A DNA stretch of 33,124 nt from Chloroflexota bacterium (GTDB taxonomy: Bacteria; Chloroflexota; Dehalococcoidia; UBA2979), in assembly GCA_027593235.1 (NCBI GenBank), contig JAQCIU010000033.1, positions 1 through 33,124 of the forward strand, given 5' to 3'. Under the pieces are notes generated by a model. The model worked only from the letters and a program-made list of their open reading frames with translations. It did not search any database and was not told where the DNA came from. Both the position numbers and the translations under genes were made by a program. Position 1 is the first letter of the stretch. Every line of letters starts with the position of its first letter. This document shows, piece after piece, positions 1 through 8,902 of this stretch.

Positions 1-1
1 C

Positions 2-424
2 GGACCGCCGGTTACCCCGCGGCGAGAGGGTGCCCGCCCTCGATTGACACCAGTCACCTAGTACCTCGCGTGCGCAATCGTCGTGCTGGACGGCAACGGG
101 GCACGAGGCGATCCCCAGCTCATTGGCCGCGATCATCATGTTTTGCGCGACACGCCCCGCATCGAACGGCCGGCTGGCGCCGAGACGAACGACGATCACG
201 ACCAGCGGGCTCCGGGGCAGGTGCTCCGCGAAGTCGGCACACGTCGCGATCGATACCTTGTCCGCCTCCTCGGTGAGGAGTAGCAGCCGAATCGGCTGTT
301 CGTTCTTCGAACTTCCCGCCATCCGCCCGGCCTGGACGATACGCGCGAGGTGATCCGGGGCGATTGGCTGCGCTTCGTATTCGCGGGTATCCCGCTTCGT
401 GACAATCGCCTCGTACGCGTTCAT
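2..424 (-). CDS. Nitroreductase family protein, runs off the left edge; C-terminus probably disrupted near nt 56
   Basis: Not in the ORF track. Manual translation from ATG at 424: MNAYEAIVTKRDTREYEAQPIAPDHLARIVQAGRMAGSSKNEQPIRLLLL...FDAGRVAQNMMIAANELGIASCPVAVQHDDCAREVLG. It has the FMN nitroreductase motifs (RxxRxY, SSxNxQP, DxGxxxQNxxxAA, GxxSC). Confidence 0.85.
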   Translation of the reverse strand, partial: MNAYEAIVTKRDTREYEAQPIAPDHLARIVQAGRMAGSSKNEQPIRLLLLTEEADKVSIATCADFAEHLPRSPLVVIVVRLGASRPFDAGRVAQNMMIAANELGIASCPVAVQHDDCAREVLGDWCQSRAGTLSPRGNRRS

Positions 425-579
425 ACACCGGTCCCCTTCGCTTCTAGCCCGATATTCCGGGCTTTCGCTGCGCCTGGCAACCGCTTCATACGCTTTTCTT
501 CCAAGCGGCTACCGCCCCTTTAACGGCTGGCACCGCACCTTCGTATCTGACCGGGACGCGGCGGGGCGTCTCGGTCACC

Positions 580-607
580 TAAACGAGGGCGGCAGTGATG
601 CCGCACA
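580..607 (+). promoter_or_regulatory. Putative sigma28 (FliA/WhiG)-type promoter for cpaF
   Basis: TAAA(580-583)-N16-GCCGCACA(600-607), followed by an AAGGAG RBS and ATG 623. The -10 element is imperfect against GCCGATAA. Confidence 0.35.
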
Positions 608-622
608 ACAAGGAGCGTCGGG

Positions 623-2149
623 ATGGGAATGGGACGAATCGGCTGGCGGCGATCGGACGAGGGCAGCGTGGCTGACCCGTGGTCTGATCTGCCGGAGCGT
701 CGCGTGGAGGCGACCGCTGCTGCCGAGGGTGACGTGCTGACCGAGGACCGCGAGATCCCTCGCGCGTCGACGATCGTGCTCGAGCCTTCCGATGTGGCAG
801 CACCGCGCATGGAGAACGCGCCGATGGTGATCGAGGCTGAAGGCCCGGTCATCGATCAGGCGGCTCCTCCCACCCGTGCCGAGCTCGCGGCGCTTCGTGC
901 CCGCCTGCACCGATCGCTCATCTCCGACTTCGATCACCGTGGCCTCGCCGAACTGCCGATCGCAGAGGCGCGCCCAATCGTGATCGCCATGGCGCGACAG
1001 CTCGTCGAGAGCGACGTGCCCGCGAACTTCAGCGGTAGCCGCATTCAGCTCCTCAACGAGCTGGTGGACGACATCATCGGCCTCGGGCCGATCGAGCCGC
1101 TGCTCCGCGACAACACCGTCTCCGAAATCATGGTCAACGGCTGCTCCCGCGTATACGTGGAGCGCTTCGGTCGCATCGAGATGACCGACGTGCAATTCCG
1201 CGATGACGCCCACGTCATGCAGGTGCTGGACCGCATGCTGGCCAACGTTGGTCGCACGATCGATTTCTCCCAGCCGATGGTCGACGCACGGCTGCCAGAC
1301 GGCTCCCGCGTGAACGCGATCGTTCCGCCGGCCTCGATCGACGGTCCGATGATCACCATCCGCAAGTTCGTCGCGGACCGGCTCACCTCCCGCGATCTGA
1401 TCGCCATGGGTTCGCTGAACCAGGAAGCGGCCTCGCTGCTTGAGGCGGCGGTTGTCGGCGGCGCCGGCATCGTCGTCAGCGGCGGAACTGGCTCCGGCAA
1501 GACCACCATGCTCAACGTGCTCTCGGAATGGGTTCCGAGCGACGAGCGCATCGTCACCATCGAGGACCCGGCCGAGCTGTCACTCCGCCAGCCGCACGTC
1601 GTTGCCCTCGAGGCACGCGACGACAACAGCGGATTCGACATCACCCGCGCCCAACTGCTGAAGAACGCGCTGCGCATGCGCCCCGACCGCATCCTCATCG
1701 GTGAGGTTCGTGGCGCCGAGGCATTCGACATGCTCCAGGCGATGAACACCGGTCACGATGGCTCGATGACCACGGTCCACGCCAACGCTCCTCGCGACGC
1801 ACTCCGCCGCATCGAGCAGATGGTGATGATGGCCGGCTACGACTGGCCGCTGCGCGCGATTCGCGAGCAGGTGTCGTCCGCGGTCGACATCATCATCCAG
1901 GTCGCCCGCATGCGTGACGGTTCGCGTCGCATCGTCGACATCACCGAGGTCCACGGCATGGAGGGCGACACGCTCACCATGCAGCAGCTCTACTACTTCG
2001 AGCAGCGCGGCGTGGACGAGGACGGCCGCATCGTCGGCGGGTTGGTCTCCACCGGCCTCCGACCGCGCACGTTCGACATGCCCGGCGCCCAGTCGTACGA
2101 GGCCCCGTTCCACGCGCTCCGCGCCGTGGACGAGCCGAACGACAACTAG
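623..2149 (+). CDS. cpaF: CpaF/TadA family Flp pilus assembly ATPase
   Basis: LGPIEPLL, EIMVNG, PMVDARLPDGSRVNA, Walker A GGTGSGKTT, TIEDPAEL, LRMRPDRILIGEVRG, AMNTGHDGSMTTVHAN. Confidence 0.95.
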   Translation: MGMGRIGWRRSDEGSVADPWSDLPERRVEATAAAEGDVLTEDREIPRASTIVLEPSDVAAPRMENAPMVIEAEGPVIDQAAPPTRAELAALRARLHRSLISDFDHRGLAELPIAEARPIVIAMARQLVESDVPANFSGSRIQLLNELVDDIIGLGPIEPLLRDNTVSEIMVNGCSRVYVERFGRIEMTDVQFRDDAHVMQVLDRMLANVGRTIDFSQPMVDARLPDGSRVNAIVPPASIDGPMITIRKFVADRLTSRDLIAMGSLNQEAASLLEAAVVGGAGIVVSGGTGSGKTTMLNVLSEWVPSDERIVTIEDPAELSLRQPHVVALEARDDNSGFDITRAQLLKNALRMRPDRILIGEVRGAEAFDMLQAMNTGHDGSMTTVHANAPRDALRRIEQMVMMAGYDWPLRAIREQVSSAVDIIIQVARMRDGSRRIVDITEVHGMEGDTLTMQQLYYFEQRGVDEDGRIVGGLVSTGLRPRTFDMPGAQSYEAPFHALRAVDEPNDN

Positions 2150-2156
2150 GTCGCCA

Positions 2157-2297
2157 ACGGGACCGCAACTACCCGTCACGAAGGAGACCTCCACCTCCCT
2201 CGTGTCACGAAGTCCCTGGCGGGACCGGTAGCGGCTCCACCCGACGCGGAGCCTCTACCTGGGAACCCCGGCCGCAAGGCCGGGGTTCACTTCGTTT
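2157..2297 (+). ncRNA. Candidate structured sRNA / 3'UTR RNA of five consecutive stem-loops
   Basis: Hairpins at 2157-2176, 2177-2204 (loop ACCTCCAC), 2212-2225, 2227-2259 and 2263-2288, lying between convergent genes. Confidence 0.4.
2263..2297 (+). terminator. Intrinsic terminator (possibly bidirectional)
   Basis: Perfect 11-bp stem GAACCCCGGCC-GCAA-GGCCGGGGTTC followed by ACTTCGTTT. Confidence 0.75.
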
Positions 2298-2309
2298 CGG
2301 GGGTGTGCC

Positions 2310-3131
2310 TTAGTCGGCAGGCACGCGACCGAGCGCTTCCACGTGGAGGAATGTGAAGAACGCACTGGGAAGGCGCGCCCAGCGACGCCAGGCGTCGGCG
2401 ATTGATTCCAACTCGGCGGGCGTCGCCAGCCCGTACTCCACTGCCTGCTCCGCCAAGGACGAGTGCGTGATCCGCTCCGCCCAGGAGTCGCCCCAGTTGA
2501 GGATCTGCCGCGGCTCGTTGAACACCCAGGTCGACGCGGATATCTCGATGTCCGCGATGCCGGCCTCCGCGAACCACCCGTTGAGGTACCGACCGGCATC
2601 GGCCTGCGCGCCGTTGCGCGTCGCCACCTCGTGATACAGGTCGCGCCAGCGATGTAATTCGGCAACGTCGGGCGCGTGGACCATCGTGCCGTAGTCCGCA
2701 TCGCGCACGCCGATCATTCCACCAGGCTTCACGACGCGGCGCAGCTCGCGTAGCGCGCGGACCGGATCGGTGAGGTGCTGGAGGACCTGATGCGCGTAGG
2801 CGACATCGAAGCTGTTGTCGGCGTAGCGGAGCGCGTAGACGTCGCCTGCCTCGAACGTCACGTTGCCGACGGCGTTGTCGGCGGCGAGCTGGCGTGCTTC
2901 CTCGAGCACCCCGTCAACCACATCGATGCCGGTCACACTCCCTGCGGGCACCCGTCGCGCCAGCCCGACGGTGATGCTGCCGGGGCCGCACCCAACATCG
3001 AGGATCGACATCTCCGGCGTGAGCCTCGGGATCAGGAAGGCGGCGGCGTCCTCGGCCGTTCGGCGACGATGCTGGCCAACGACCGAGGCGTGATGGCCGT
3101 GCGTGTAGCGATCCGCCGGTGTGTCGCTCAT
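2310..3131 (-). CDS. Class I SAM-dependent methyltransferase (UbiE/Methyltransf_31-like)
   Basis: True start MSDTPADRY at 3131 (ATGA overlap with the upstream stop). Motifs YTHGHHASV, ILDVGCGPGSIT, SFDVAYAHQVLQHL, RVVKPGG. Confidence 0.9.
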   Translation of the reverse strand: MSDTPADRYTHGHHASVVGQHRRRTAEDAAAFLIPRLTPEMSILDVGCGPGSITVGLARRVPAGSVTGIDVVDGVLEEARQLAADNAVGNVTFEAGDVYALRYADNSFDVAYAHQVLQHLTDPVRALRELRRVVKPGGMIGVRDADYGTMVHAPDVAELHRWRDLYHEVATRNGAQADAGRYLNGWFAEAGIADIEISASTWVFNEPRQILNWGDSWAERITHSSLAEQAVEYGLATPAELESIADAWRRWARLPSAFFTFLHVEALGRVPAD

Positions 3132-4045
3132 GCGAACCGCTCCGCGACCCGTTGCTTCAACAGATCCGGCCGCGACGCGGTGATGCTGTCGACCCCCAGG
3201 TCGAGCGCGGCGCTCATCTCCTCCTCTGAACCGACACCCCACGTGGAGACGAGCACGCCGGCGGCGTGGGCCTCCGCCACCAGCTCCGCGGTCAGATCCT
3301 TGAGGTAGGGCGACCAGTACGTGCCACCGGCCGCCCGGACGGCGCTCGCGAACGAACCGCCGTGGTCGACGGGGTCCCAGCCACCCCACCACGTCGAACG
3401 TTGATCGATCGCCGGCCAGCTCCGATCCGTGGAGAGGTGGCGCGGGTCCATCGTGAGGAACCCGCTGCGGAGCGAGGGCTGCGCCTCCAGGGCGAGCCGG
3501 AGGACTCGCCAGTCGAAGGCGATCAGCACGCTGCGGGCGATCGCGTCGGCCGTCACCAATGCCGGCAGCAATGCATCGAGGAACGCCTCCGGCTCGGTCG
3601 TCTCGCCGGTCCGACCGAACGGATCCGTCTTCACCTCGATCCAGAGTTCGGTCGCCGTGTCCGCGCGTTGGGCGAGCACGGCTAGCAGCTCTTGGAGCGT
3701 CGGAATTGGCGTGCCGTCGACGGCGATCTGGTCGGGGTAGGACACGGTGTAGCGCGATCCCGGCCGTGCGCGCCCCACGTCATAGCCCCGCAACGCCTCG
3801 AGGGTCAGCGAGCGGATCGGCGGTCCCGCTTCGGCGAGCCACTCACCGCTCGCGTCGCGGGTCATGTCCGGACTCAGCAGGTAATCGTGGTGTCCAACCA
3901 CCACACCGTCCGCCGTCACCTGGTAGTCGAACTCGATGCCGTCGAGGCCGGAATCCAGCGCGTGTTCAAAGCTCGGCAGCGTGTTGATCGGCCGCAAGCC
4001 GGAGATTCCGCAGGAACCGATCACCGTTGGTCTGCTTGCTGTCAT
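3128..4045 (-). CDS. Glycerophosphodiester phosphodiesterase (GDPD) family protein with an atypical active site
   Basis: NTLPSF, IEFDYQVTADGVVVGHHD, IPTLQELL, WIEVK, AHAAGVLVSTW, LGVDSI. The canonical AHRG motif reads GSCG. Confidence 0.85.
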   Translation of the reverse strand: MTASRPTVIGSCGISGLRPINTLPSFEHALDSGLDGIEFDYQVTADGVVVGHHDYLLSPDMTRDASGEWLAEAGPPIRSLTLEALRGYDVGRARPGSRYTVSYPDQIAVDGTPIPTLQELLAVLAQRADTATELWIEVKTDPFGRTGETTEPEAFLDALLPALVTADAIARSVLIAFDWRVLRLALEAQPSLRSGFLTMDPRHLSTDRSWPAIDQRSTWWGGWDPVDHGGSFASAVRAAGGTYWSPYLKDLTAELVAEAHAAGVLVSTWGVGSEEEMSAALDLGVDSITASRPDLLKQRVAERFA

Positions 4046-4117
4046 CGATCACCCTCCGCTGTCCACGCGCCATCGTGACGATACGACGGCGCGTGGACAG
4101 CGGCGTGAGCGGCGGTG

Positions 4118-6475
4118 CTAGCGGCGAGCGATCTTCGCGGCGAAGGCGCCGCCCAGCGCGAGGGCTGCGAGACCCACGACGATCGTCAACCACTGAGATC
4201 GTCCGTCCCCGTCCAGGCCGGCGACCGTGTGCTGCTCGTCGGTTGCAGTCGTGCCGAGGCCCTGGGCTGGTGGATCGACAACCAGAGTCGCGGTCGTCGG
4301 ATCCGCCGTTCCCTTCGGACGTGGGAGTTCGAACGCCACCGGCTGGACGCCATCGGCGTCGGGCCAGTTCAACTCGATCCATGTGCCGTCGGCGGCGAGG
4401 GTGATCACCCGCGAGCCGAGTGCCGCTGCTTCGGCAAGCTCCGGCGCCGCTTCGACCAGCGACGCGAACGCCGCCGATCCCACGACGATCGGGGAGATAT
4501 CGGTCGCAGCCAGATAGCCGTCGCGCGTCCAGACGCCATCGACGAGGTAGTAGCTGTGAGCGCCGAGCTGACGCACCGAGCTGCCACCGTTATTGCCGCT
4601 CGTGAACGTTCCGGCGCGCAACTCTTCCAGGTCGGCGGCACCGGCCACCGCGTCTGCGCCGCTCGACGGCGCCGCGGCCGCACGCTCGACCCAGGTGTTG
4701 GCGGCGCCGCTGTCGGACAGCGCCAGCGCGGGCTCCTCGGCGAGGTAGGACGTGTACGGCGTCACGATGCCGAAGCGCGTCGCCAGCGCCACGATCTGGT
4801 CGATCAGTGAGTCGCGCGGACCCTCGATGCGGATCTCAGTCAGCAGATCGGCGACCCGTCGCTGCGCCCAGAGCTGGGCGACCGCTGGATCGGCCGTGTC
4901 GCGCGCTGGGAGCTGCACGGAGTACTCGAAGACCTCGGGACCATCGAACGAGTTGCCGCGCACGACGACCGTCATCGGTCCCGGGTCGGCATAGCGGCCG
5001 GTCAGTAGCGCCTGCTGTCCGGCGAACAGGCCAGTCAGCGTCGCTGGTGCCAGCGCGTCCACGTCACCACCGTGGATCTCGATCTCAACGTCGGTCAGGA
5101 CCGGCGTCGACACCCGCTCGTAGAGGCGACCGACCTCGGCGTCGATGCGCTCCTCGGGGGTCACGTAGTGGCTGGTGCCGACAAACCGGGTCGCGAGCGC
5201 GTCCAGCAGCACCGTGTCGACGTCGTAGCCGACGCCGAACGCGAAGAGTTGGGCGCGCTCCGGGGCCGAGCGTGCGGCGATCTCGAGGATTGCGTCCGTG
5301 TTCTCCACGCCGACCGTCGGCAGACCGTCGGTCACGAAGATCACCGTGGCGGGGCGGTCACCGGACAGCAGGTCGAAGGCCGTCGTCAGGCTGTCTGCGA
5401 TGTTCGTCCCGCCCCCGGCGTCCAGGCCGTCGACGTAGTCGATCGCGGCGTCCGCGCGATCGGCGCGCTCAAGGCCCTTGCCGAAGACGCGGACGGTGCG
5501 CGAGAAGCTGACGACCGCGAAGCGATCGTCGTCGCCCAGGCGGCTGAGCACGTAGCTGGCGGCGTCATGCGCCTGTTCGATCTTGTCACCCTCCATTGAC
5601 CCGGAGGTATCGAGGACGAGCACGATGTCACGTGCGACCGAGGCGTCAACGCTGAGCACCGGCGCGAACAGCAGTGCGAAGAAGCCGTCCTCGCCCGCTT
5701 CGCGGTAGGTCAACACGCGGGTGTCGATCAGTCCCTCGCCGCCGGCGATGTAGATGCGCAGGCTGGTCGCGGCGGTCCAGCCACTCCCGGATTCCCAGCT
5801 CGCGGACAGTTCGCCGGCGGACTTGCGATCCACGTCGAGGTTCAGGCCGGGTGCGAACACGGAACGCACTTCCCACGGCACGTCGATGTCTAGCGAGACC
5901 GAGGCGGCGGCAGGACGAGGAGACATTCGTGCCCACGGGATCTCCACCAACACCTGATCGTCGGTCGCGACCAGCGGGCTGGTCACCGTGAACGACACGC
6001 TCCGCTGCTCGCCCGCGGGCACCGGGAAGGCGCGCACCTCGTAGAGGTCGTCGCCAAGCGAGCGAAGCAACGCGGGATCGATCAACCGGCGAACGATGTC
6101 GTCGTAGAGGCGCTGCGCCTCGTCAGCGTCGAGCACGCGCCCCTCGAGGGTCTCCGGGCCGCCCGACAGCACGAGGTCGGTGACGGAACTGCCGGCGGGC
6201 ACTGGCACCACGATCCGACCTTCGGCGAGGCCCTCGCCCGGGTTCGAGAGCGCCAGTCGGTACCGCGCGACGAGGAGGCCGTCGGTGACATCGAGGTCGG
6301 CCTCGAATCGGTCGAGCGTGGCGATCGGTGTGACCGGCCACCAGCAGTCGAAGCAGCGATCGGGCGGCAGGATCGGCGGATCGATCGGCTGCTGCGCGCC
6401 GGCGAACGCCGGGAGCAATGCCGGAACCAGTGCGATCGCGACCACGAGCGCCGCGAGGAATCGAGGTGTACGCAT
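4118..6475 (-). CDS. Secreted, membrane-anchored VIT + von Willebrand A domain protein (inter-alpha-trypsin inhibitor-like)
   Basis: Start MRTPRF at 6475 behind a GAGGAGGG RBS. Signal peptide, VIT-like region (DPALL), MIDAS DTSGSM, GGTNI, FVTDGLPT, FGVGYDV, IVTPYTSYL, and a C-terminal TM helix with a KIARR tail. Confidence 0.9.
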   Translation of the reverse strand: MRTPRFLAALVVAIALVPALLPAFAGAQQPIDPPILPPDRCFDCWWPVTPIATLDRFEADLDVTDGLLVARYRLALSNPGEGLAEGRIVVPVPAGSSVTDLVLSGGPETLEGRVLDADEAQRLYDDIVRRLIDPALLRSLGDDLYEVRAFPVPAGEQRSVSFTVTSPLVATDDQVLVEIPWARMSPRPAAASVSLDIDVPWEVRSVFAPGLNLDVDRKSAGELSASWESGSGWTAATSLRIYIAGGEGLIDTRVLTYREAGEDGFFALLFAPVLSVDASVARDIVLVLDTSGSMEGDKIEQAHDAASYVLSRLGDDDRFAVVSFSRTVRVFGKGLERADRADAAIDYVDGLDAGGGTNIADSLTTAFDLLSGDRPATVIFVTDGLPTVGVENTDAILEIAARSAPERAQLFAFGVGYDVDTVLLDALATRFVGTSHYVTPEERIDAEVGRLYERVSTPVLTDVEIEIHGGDVDALAPATLTGLFAGQQALLTGRYADPGPMTVVVRGNSFDGPEVFEYSVQLPARDTADPAVAQLWAQRRVADLLTEIRIEGPRDSLIDQIVALATRFGIVTPYTSYLAEEPALALSDSGAANTWVERAAAAPSSGADAVAGAADLEELRAGTFTSGNNGGSSVRQLGAHSYYLVDGVWTRDGYLAATDISPIVVGSAAFASLVEAAPELAEAAALGSRVITLAADGTWIELNWPDADGVQPVAFELPRPKGTADPTTATLVVDPPAQGLGTTATDEQHTVAGLDGDGRSQWLTIVVGLAALALGGAFAAKIARR

Positions 6476-6658
6476 CTGTCGTCCCTCCTCGGTGGCGGGA
6501 GCCTCCGGGGTATGGGTGACCAACGCCGCTGGCGAGCAGCCAGTTCCCGCCCTCTCTGGCTGCTGGCGCACGGCGCGTGAGGGCAGCTCCAGGGTGGCCG
6601 GGGTTGCGATGTCGTCCGCTCAGCGCCAGACTCCGCGCGAAGCCTCAGGAGGACCGCA

Positions 6659-7456
6659 ATGGCCTACGAGTTCGCGATCTATGAGAAGCGCGATCGCATC
6701 GCTCACATCACGATCAATCGCCCGGAGGTCATGAATGCACTCCATCCGGACGCATCGCGTGAGCTTTCGACCATCTGGGACGACTTCGCCGCCGACGACG
6801 ACCTCTGGGTGGCGATCCTGACCGGTGCCGGGAGCCGTGGCTTCTCCGCCGGCAACGACTTGAAGGCAACCGCGTCGCGGAACGCGGGGAGCACCGTCGG
6901 CAACACCAGCCGCGGTCCGATTCCGGGTGGGTTCGGCGGCCTGACCGAGCGGTTCGACCTCTACAAGCCGGTGATCGGGGCGGTCAACGGATGGGCGATG
7001 GGCGGCGGGTGCGAGCTGGCGCTCGCCTGCGACATCCTCGTCGCATCGGAGAACGCGCGCTTCGGGCTACCCGAGCCGCGCGTCGGACTCGCGGCGCTCG
7101 CCGGCGGGATCCACCGGCTGCCACGCCAGATCCCGCTGAAGATCGCGATGGGCATGCTGCTCACCGCAAAGCCGATCGACGCGGCCGAGGCCCATCGCCT
7201 CGGCCTCGTCAACGAGGTCGTGCCGCTGGATCAGTTGTTGGCGACGGCGGAACGCTGGGCAGCCGAGATCCTCGAATGCGCGCCGCTGTCTGTACGTGGC
7301 TCGAAGGAAGCCGCCATGGTCGGCCTGGACGTGCCACTGCGGGCCGCTATACGCAGCACCTACCCCGGCATTTTGAAGCACCTGGCCTCGGACGATGCGG
7401 TCGAGGGCCCGCGCGCCTTCTCGGATAAGCGGCAGCCCAATTGGACAGGCGGATAG
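6659..7456 (+). CDS. Enoyl-CoA hydratase/crotonase (carnitinyl-CoA dehydratase-like)
   Basis: ITINRPEVMNAL, FSAGNDLK, KPVIGAVNGWAMGGGCELALACD, FGLPEPRVGL; AGGAGG RBS. Confidence 0.93.
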   Translation: MAYEFAIYEKRDRIAHITINRPEVMNALHPDASRELSTIWDDFAADDDLWVAILTGAGSRGFSAGNDLKATASRNAGSTVGNTSRGPIPGGFGGLTERFDLYKPVIGAVNGWAMGGGCELALACDILVASENARFGLPEPRVGLAALAGGIHRLPRQIPLKIAMGMLLTAKPIDAAEAHRLGLVNEVVPLDQLLATAERWAAEILECAPLSVRGSKEAAMVGLDVPLRAAIRSTYPGILKHLASDDAVEGPRAFSDKRQPNWTGG

Positions 7457-7493
7457 CGCAGGCTGACCGGGGGGCACTCGTACCGGTCGCGAA

Positions 7494-8714
7494 CTAGGGA
7501 GTCGGGCCGGCTCCGAGATATGCGGACTGCACCCAGCTCACGGCGGCGCCTGCGCGAACCACGCTCCAGCCGGCGCAGTCGCCGACTCCCTGCGCGATCA
7601 CCGTCACGGCCGTGCCTTCGGCGATCATCCGTGGCGTCCGCGCTTCGGTCGCGCATGTCGAGCGAACGGCAACGCCCACGCCCTCGGTATTCGCGATCAA
7701 CCCGAACAGCGGCTGCTCCGCAATCGGCGCGGTGAAGACGTCGGCGGGCGTGCTGTCATCCGCCGCCGGTAATACGGCGCCGAATGATGACACGCGGTCT
7801 GTGAGCCATCGCTCAACCACGTCCGGCGCGAGCGAAGCGGCGACCCGCTCGACCTCGGCGCGTTGCCCGCTCGCGATCAGGCCGCCCGACAGGACGAGGA
7901 ACGCGAGCGAAATGACGAACAACGAGAGCGCGATCTTGCGGGTCAGGCGACGTTGCGACGCGGGTTTCGCGGGCGGCGCCGGCGCGACTGCCCGGCCGCG
8001 CGGCGAGTAGGCCGCTGCCTCGTCGGCCGCGAGCTCTTCAGCGGTCAGCGGTGCCCCGGCGGCGGCCATGATCGCAGCGCGCTGGGATGCCCCTGCGGCC
8101 GCGCGCTGTTCACGACCGGCCAGACGCGGGAACGCCATAATGCTCGGTTCAACGTCGTCCTCGAATGCCTCGGTCGGCTGCGGGCCACGCGACGGCGCGT
8201 GAGCTGGCTGCTGTAGCGCCCCCGTGGGTACAGCACTGATCGGGAACGGCAGTTCTGGCTCGTCGCCCTCGTCGAACTCCTCGTCCTCGAAGGTATCGTC
8301 CGCGGACTGCTCGATTTCGGTGTCATCGGCCTCGGTGGCTTCCGGCTCCCAGTGGGCCGGTGCCGCCGTTGGAGGCGTGGTGTCGCTGCGCTCGCGCTGG
8401 CCCTCGGAGACGAATGGCCAGGCGATGCGACGCTCGCCCGCTTCCGCGGAGCGGCGGTCTGTCGTGCGGCGGTCCTCGGTCGAGGCTTCGAGGGCATCGG
8501 GGCCATCGGAGGCCGCGGGGGCTGCGTGGGCGGCAGGCGTCGCGTCGGTGGTTTCCCACCAGGCGTCGGACTCCAGGGCGGCGGCGCCGCCCGGGAACAC
8601 CTCGAGCGCGGATCGTTCGGCGATCTGTTCAGGGGTGAATCGAGGTACCGGGGGCGGCGTGTACGCCTCACCCTCGTCGTCGTAATCCCCGGGGACCGAT
8701 AGCGGTTGCTGCAT
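7494..8714 (-). CDS. Bitopic membrane protein: acidic disordered N-terminus, one TM helix, C-terminal bacterial SH3-like domain
   Basis: TM segment KIALSLFVISLAFLVLSGGLI. The C-terminus GVAVRS...AEGTAVTVI...GWSVV...SWVQSAYL fits the SH3b pattern. Confidence 0.65.
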   Translation of the reverse strand: MQQPLSVPGDYDDEGEAYTPPPVPRFTPEQIAERSALEVFPGGAAALESDAWWETTDATPAAHAAPAASDGPDALEASTEDRRTTDRRSAEAGERRIAWPFVSEGQRERSDTTPPTAAPAHWEPEATEADDTEIEQSADDTFEDEEFDEGDEPELPFPISAVPTGALQQPAHAPSRGPQPTEAFEDDVEPSIMAFPRLAGREQRAAAGASQRAAIMAAAGAPLTAEELAADEAAAYSPRGRAVAPAPPAKPASQRRLTRKIALSLFVISLAFLVLSGGLIASGQRAEVERVAASLAPDVVERWLTDRVSSFGAVLPAADDSTPADVFTAPIAEQPLFGLIANTEGVGVAVRSTCATEARTPRMIAEGTAVTVIAQGVGDCAGWSVVRAGAAVSWVQSAYLGAGPTP

Positions 8715-8902
8715 CCAGTGCTCCGCCGGTCAGGCGCCGTACATGTCGTCTACAGCCCGATCATCGGCACACCATCGTGACCTCCGCACCGCCAGCCAGT
8801 GTCTCGGCGACCCCCCCGCGGTCTGCGATCAAGATGCGATCTGGCCGCGGTGTCCCCCGATATGGCACCTCCAGAAGCGGTCGATACTTTCGGGTACCTA
8901 CC

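Noticed and set aside
2202-2231. 9-aa ORF MSRSPWRDR in the hairpin element
   Set aside because: The AAGGAG is about 15 nt away and is base-paired in a stem.
3132-3392. N-terminal extension of the methyltransferase in the ORF track
   Set aside because: Overlaps the GDPD gene; family similarity starts at ATG 3131.
8761-8768. GCCGATGA sigma28-like -10 upstream of the SH3 gene
   Set aside because: No acceptable -35 element at the right spacing.
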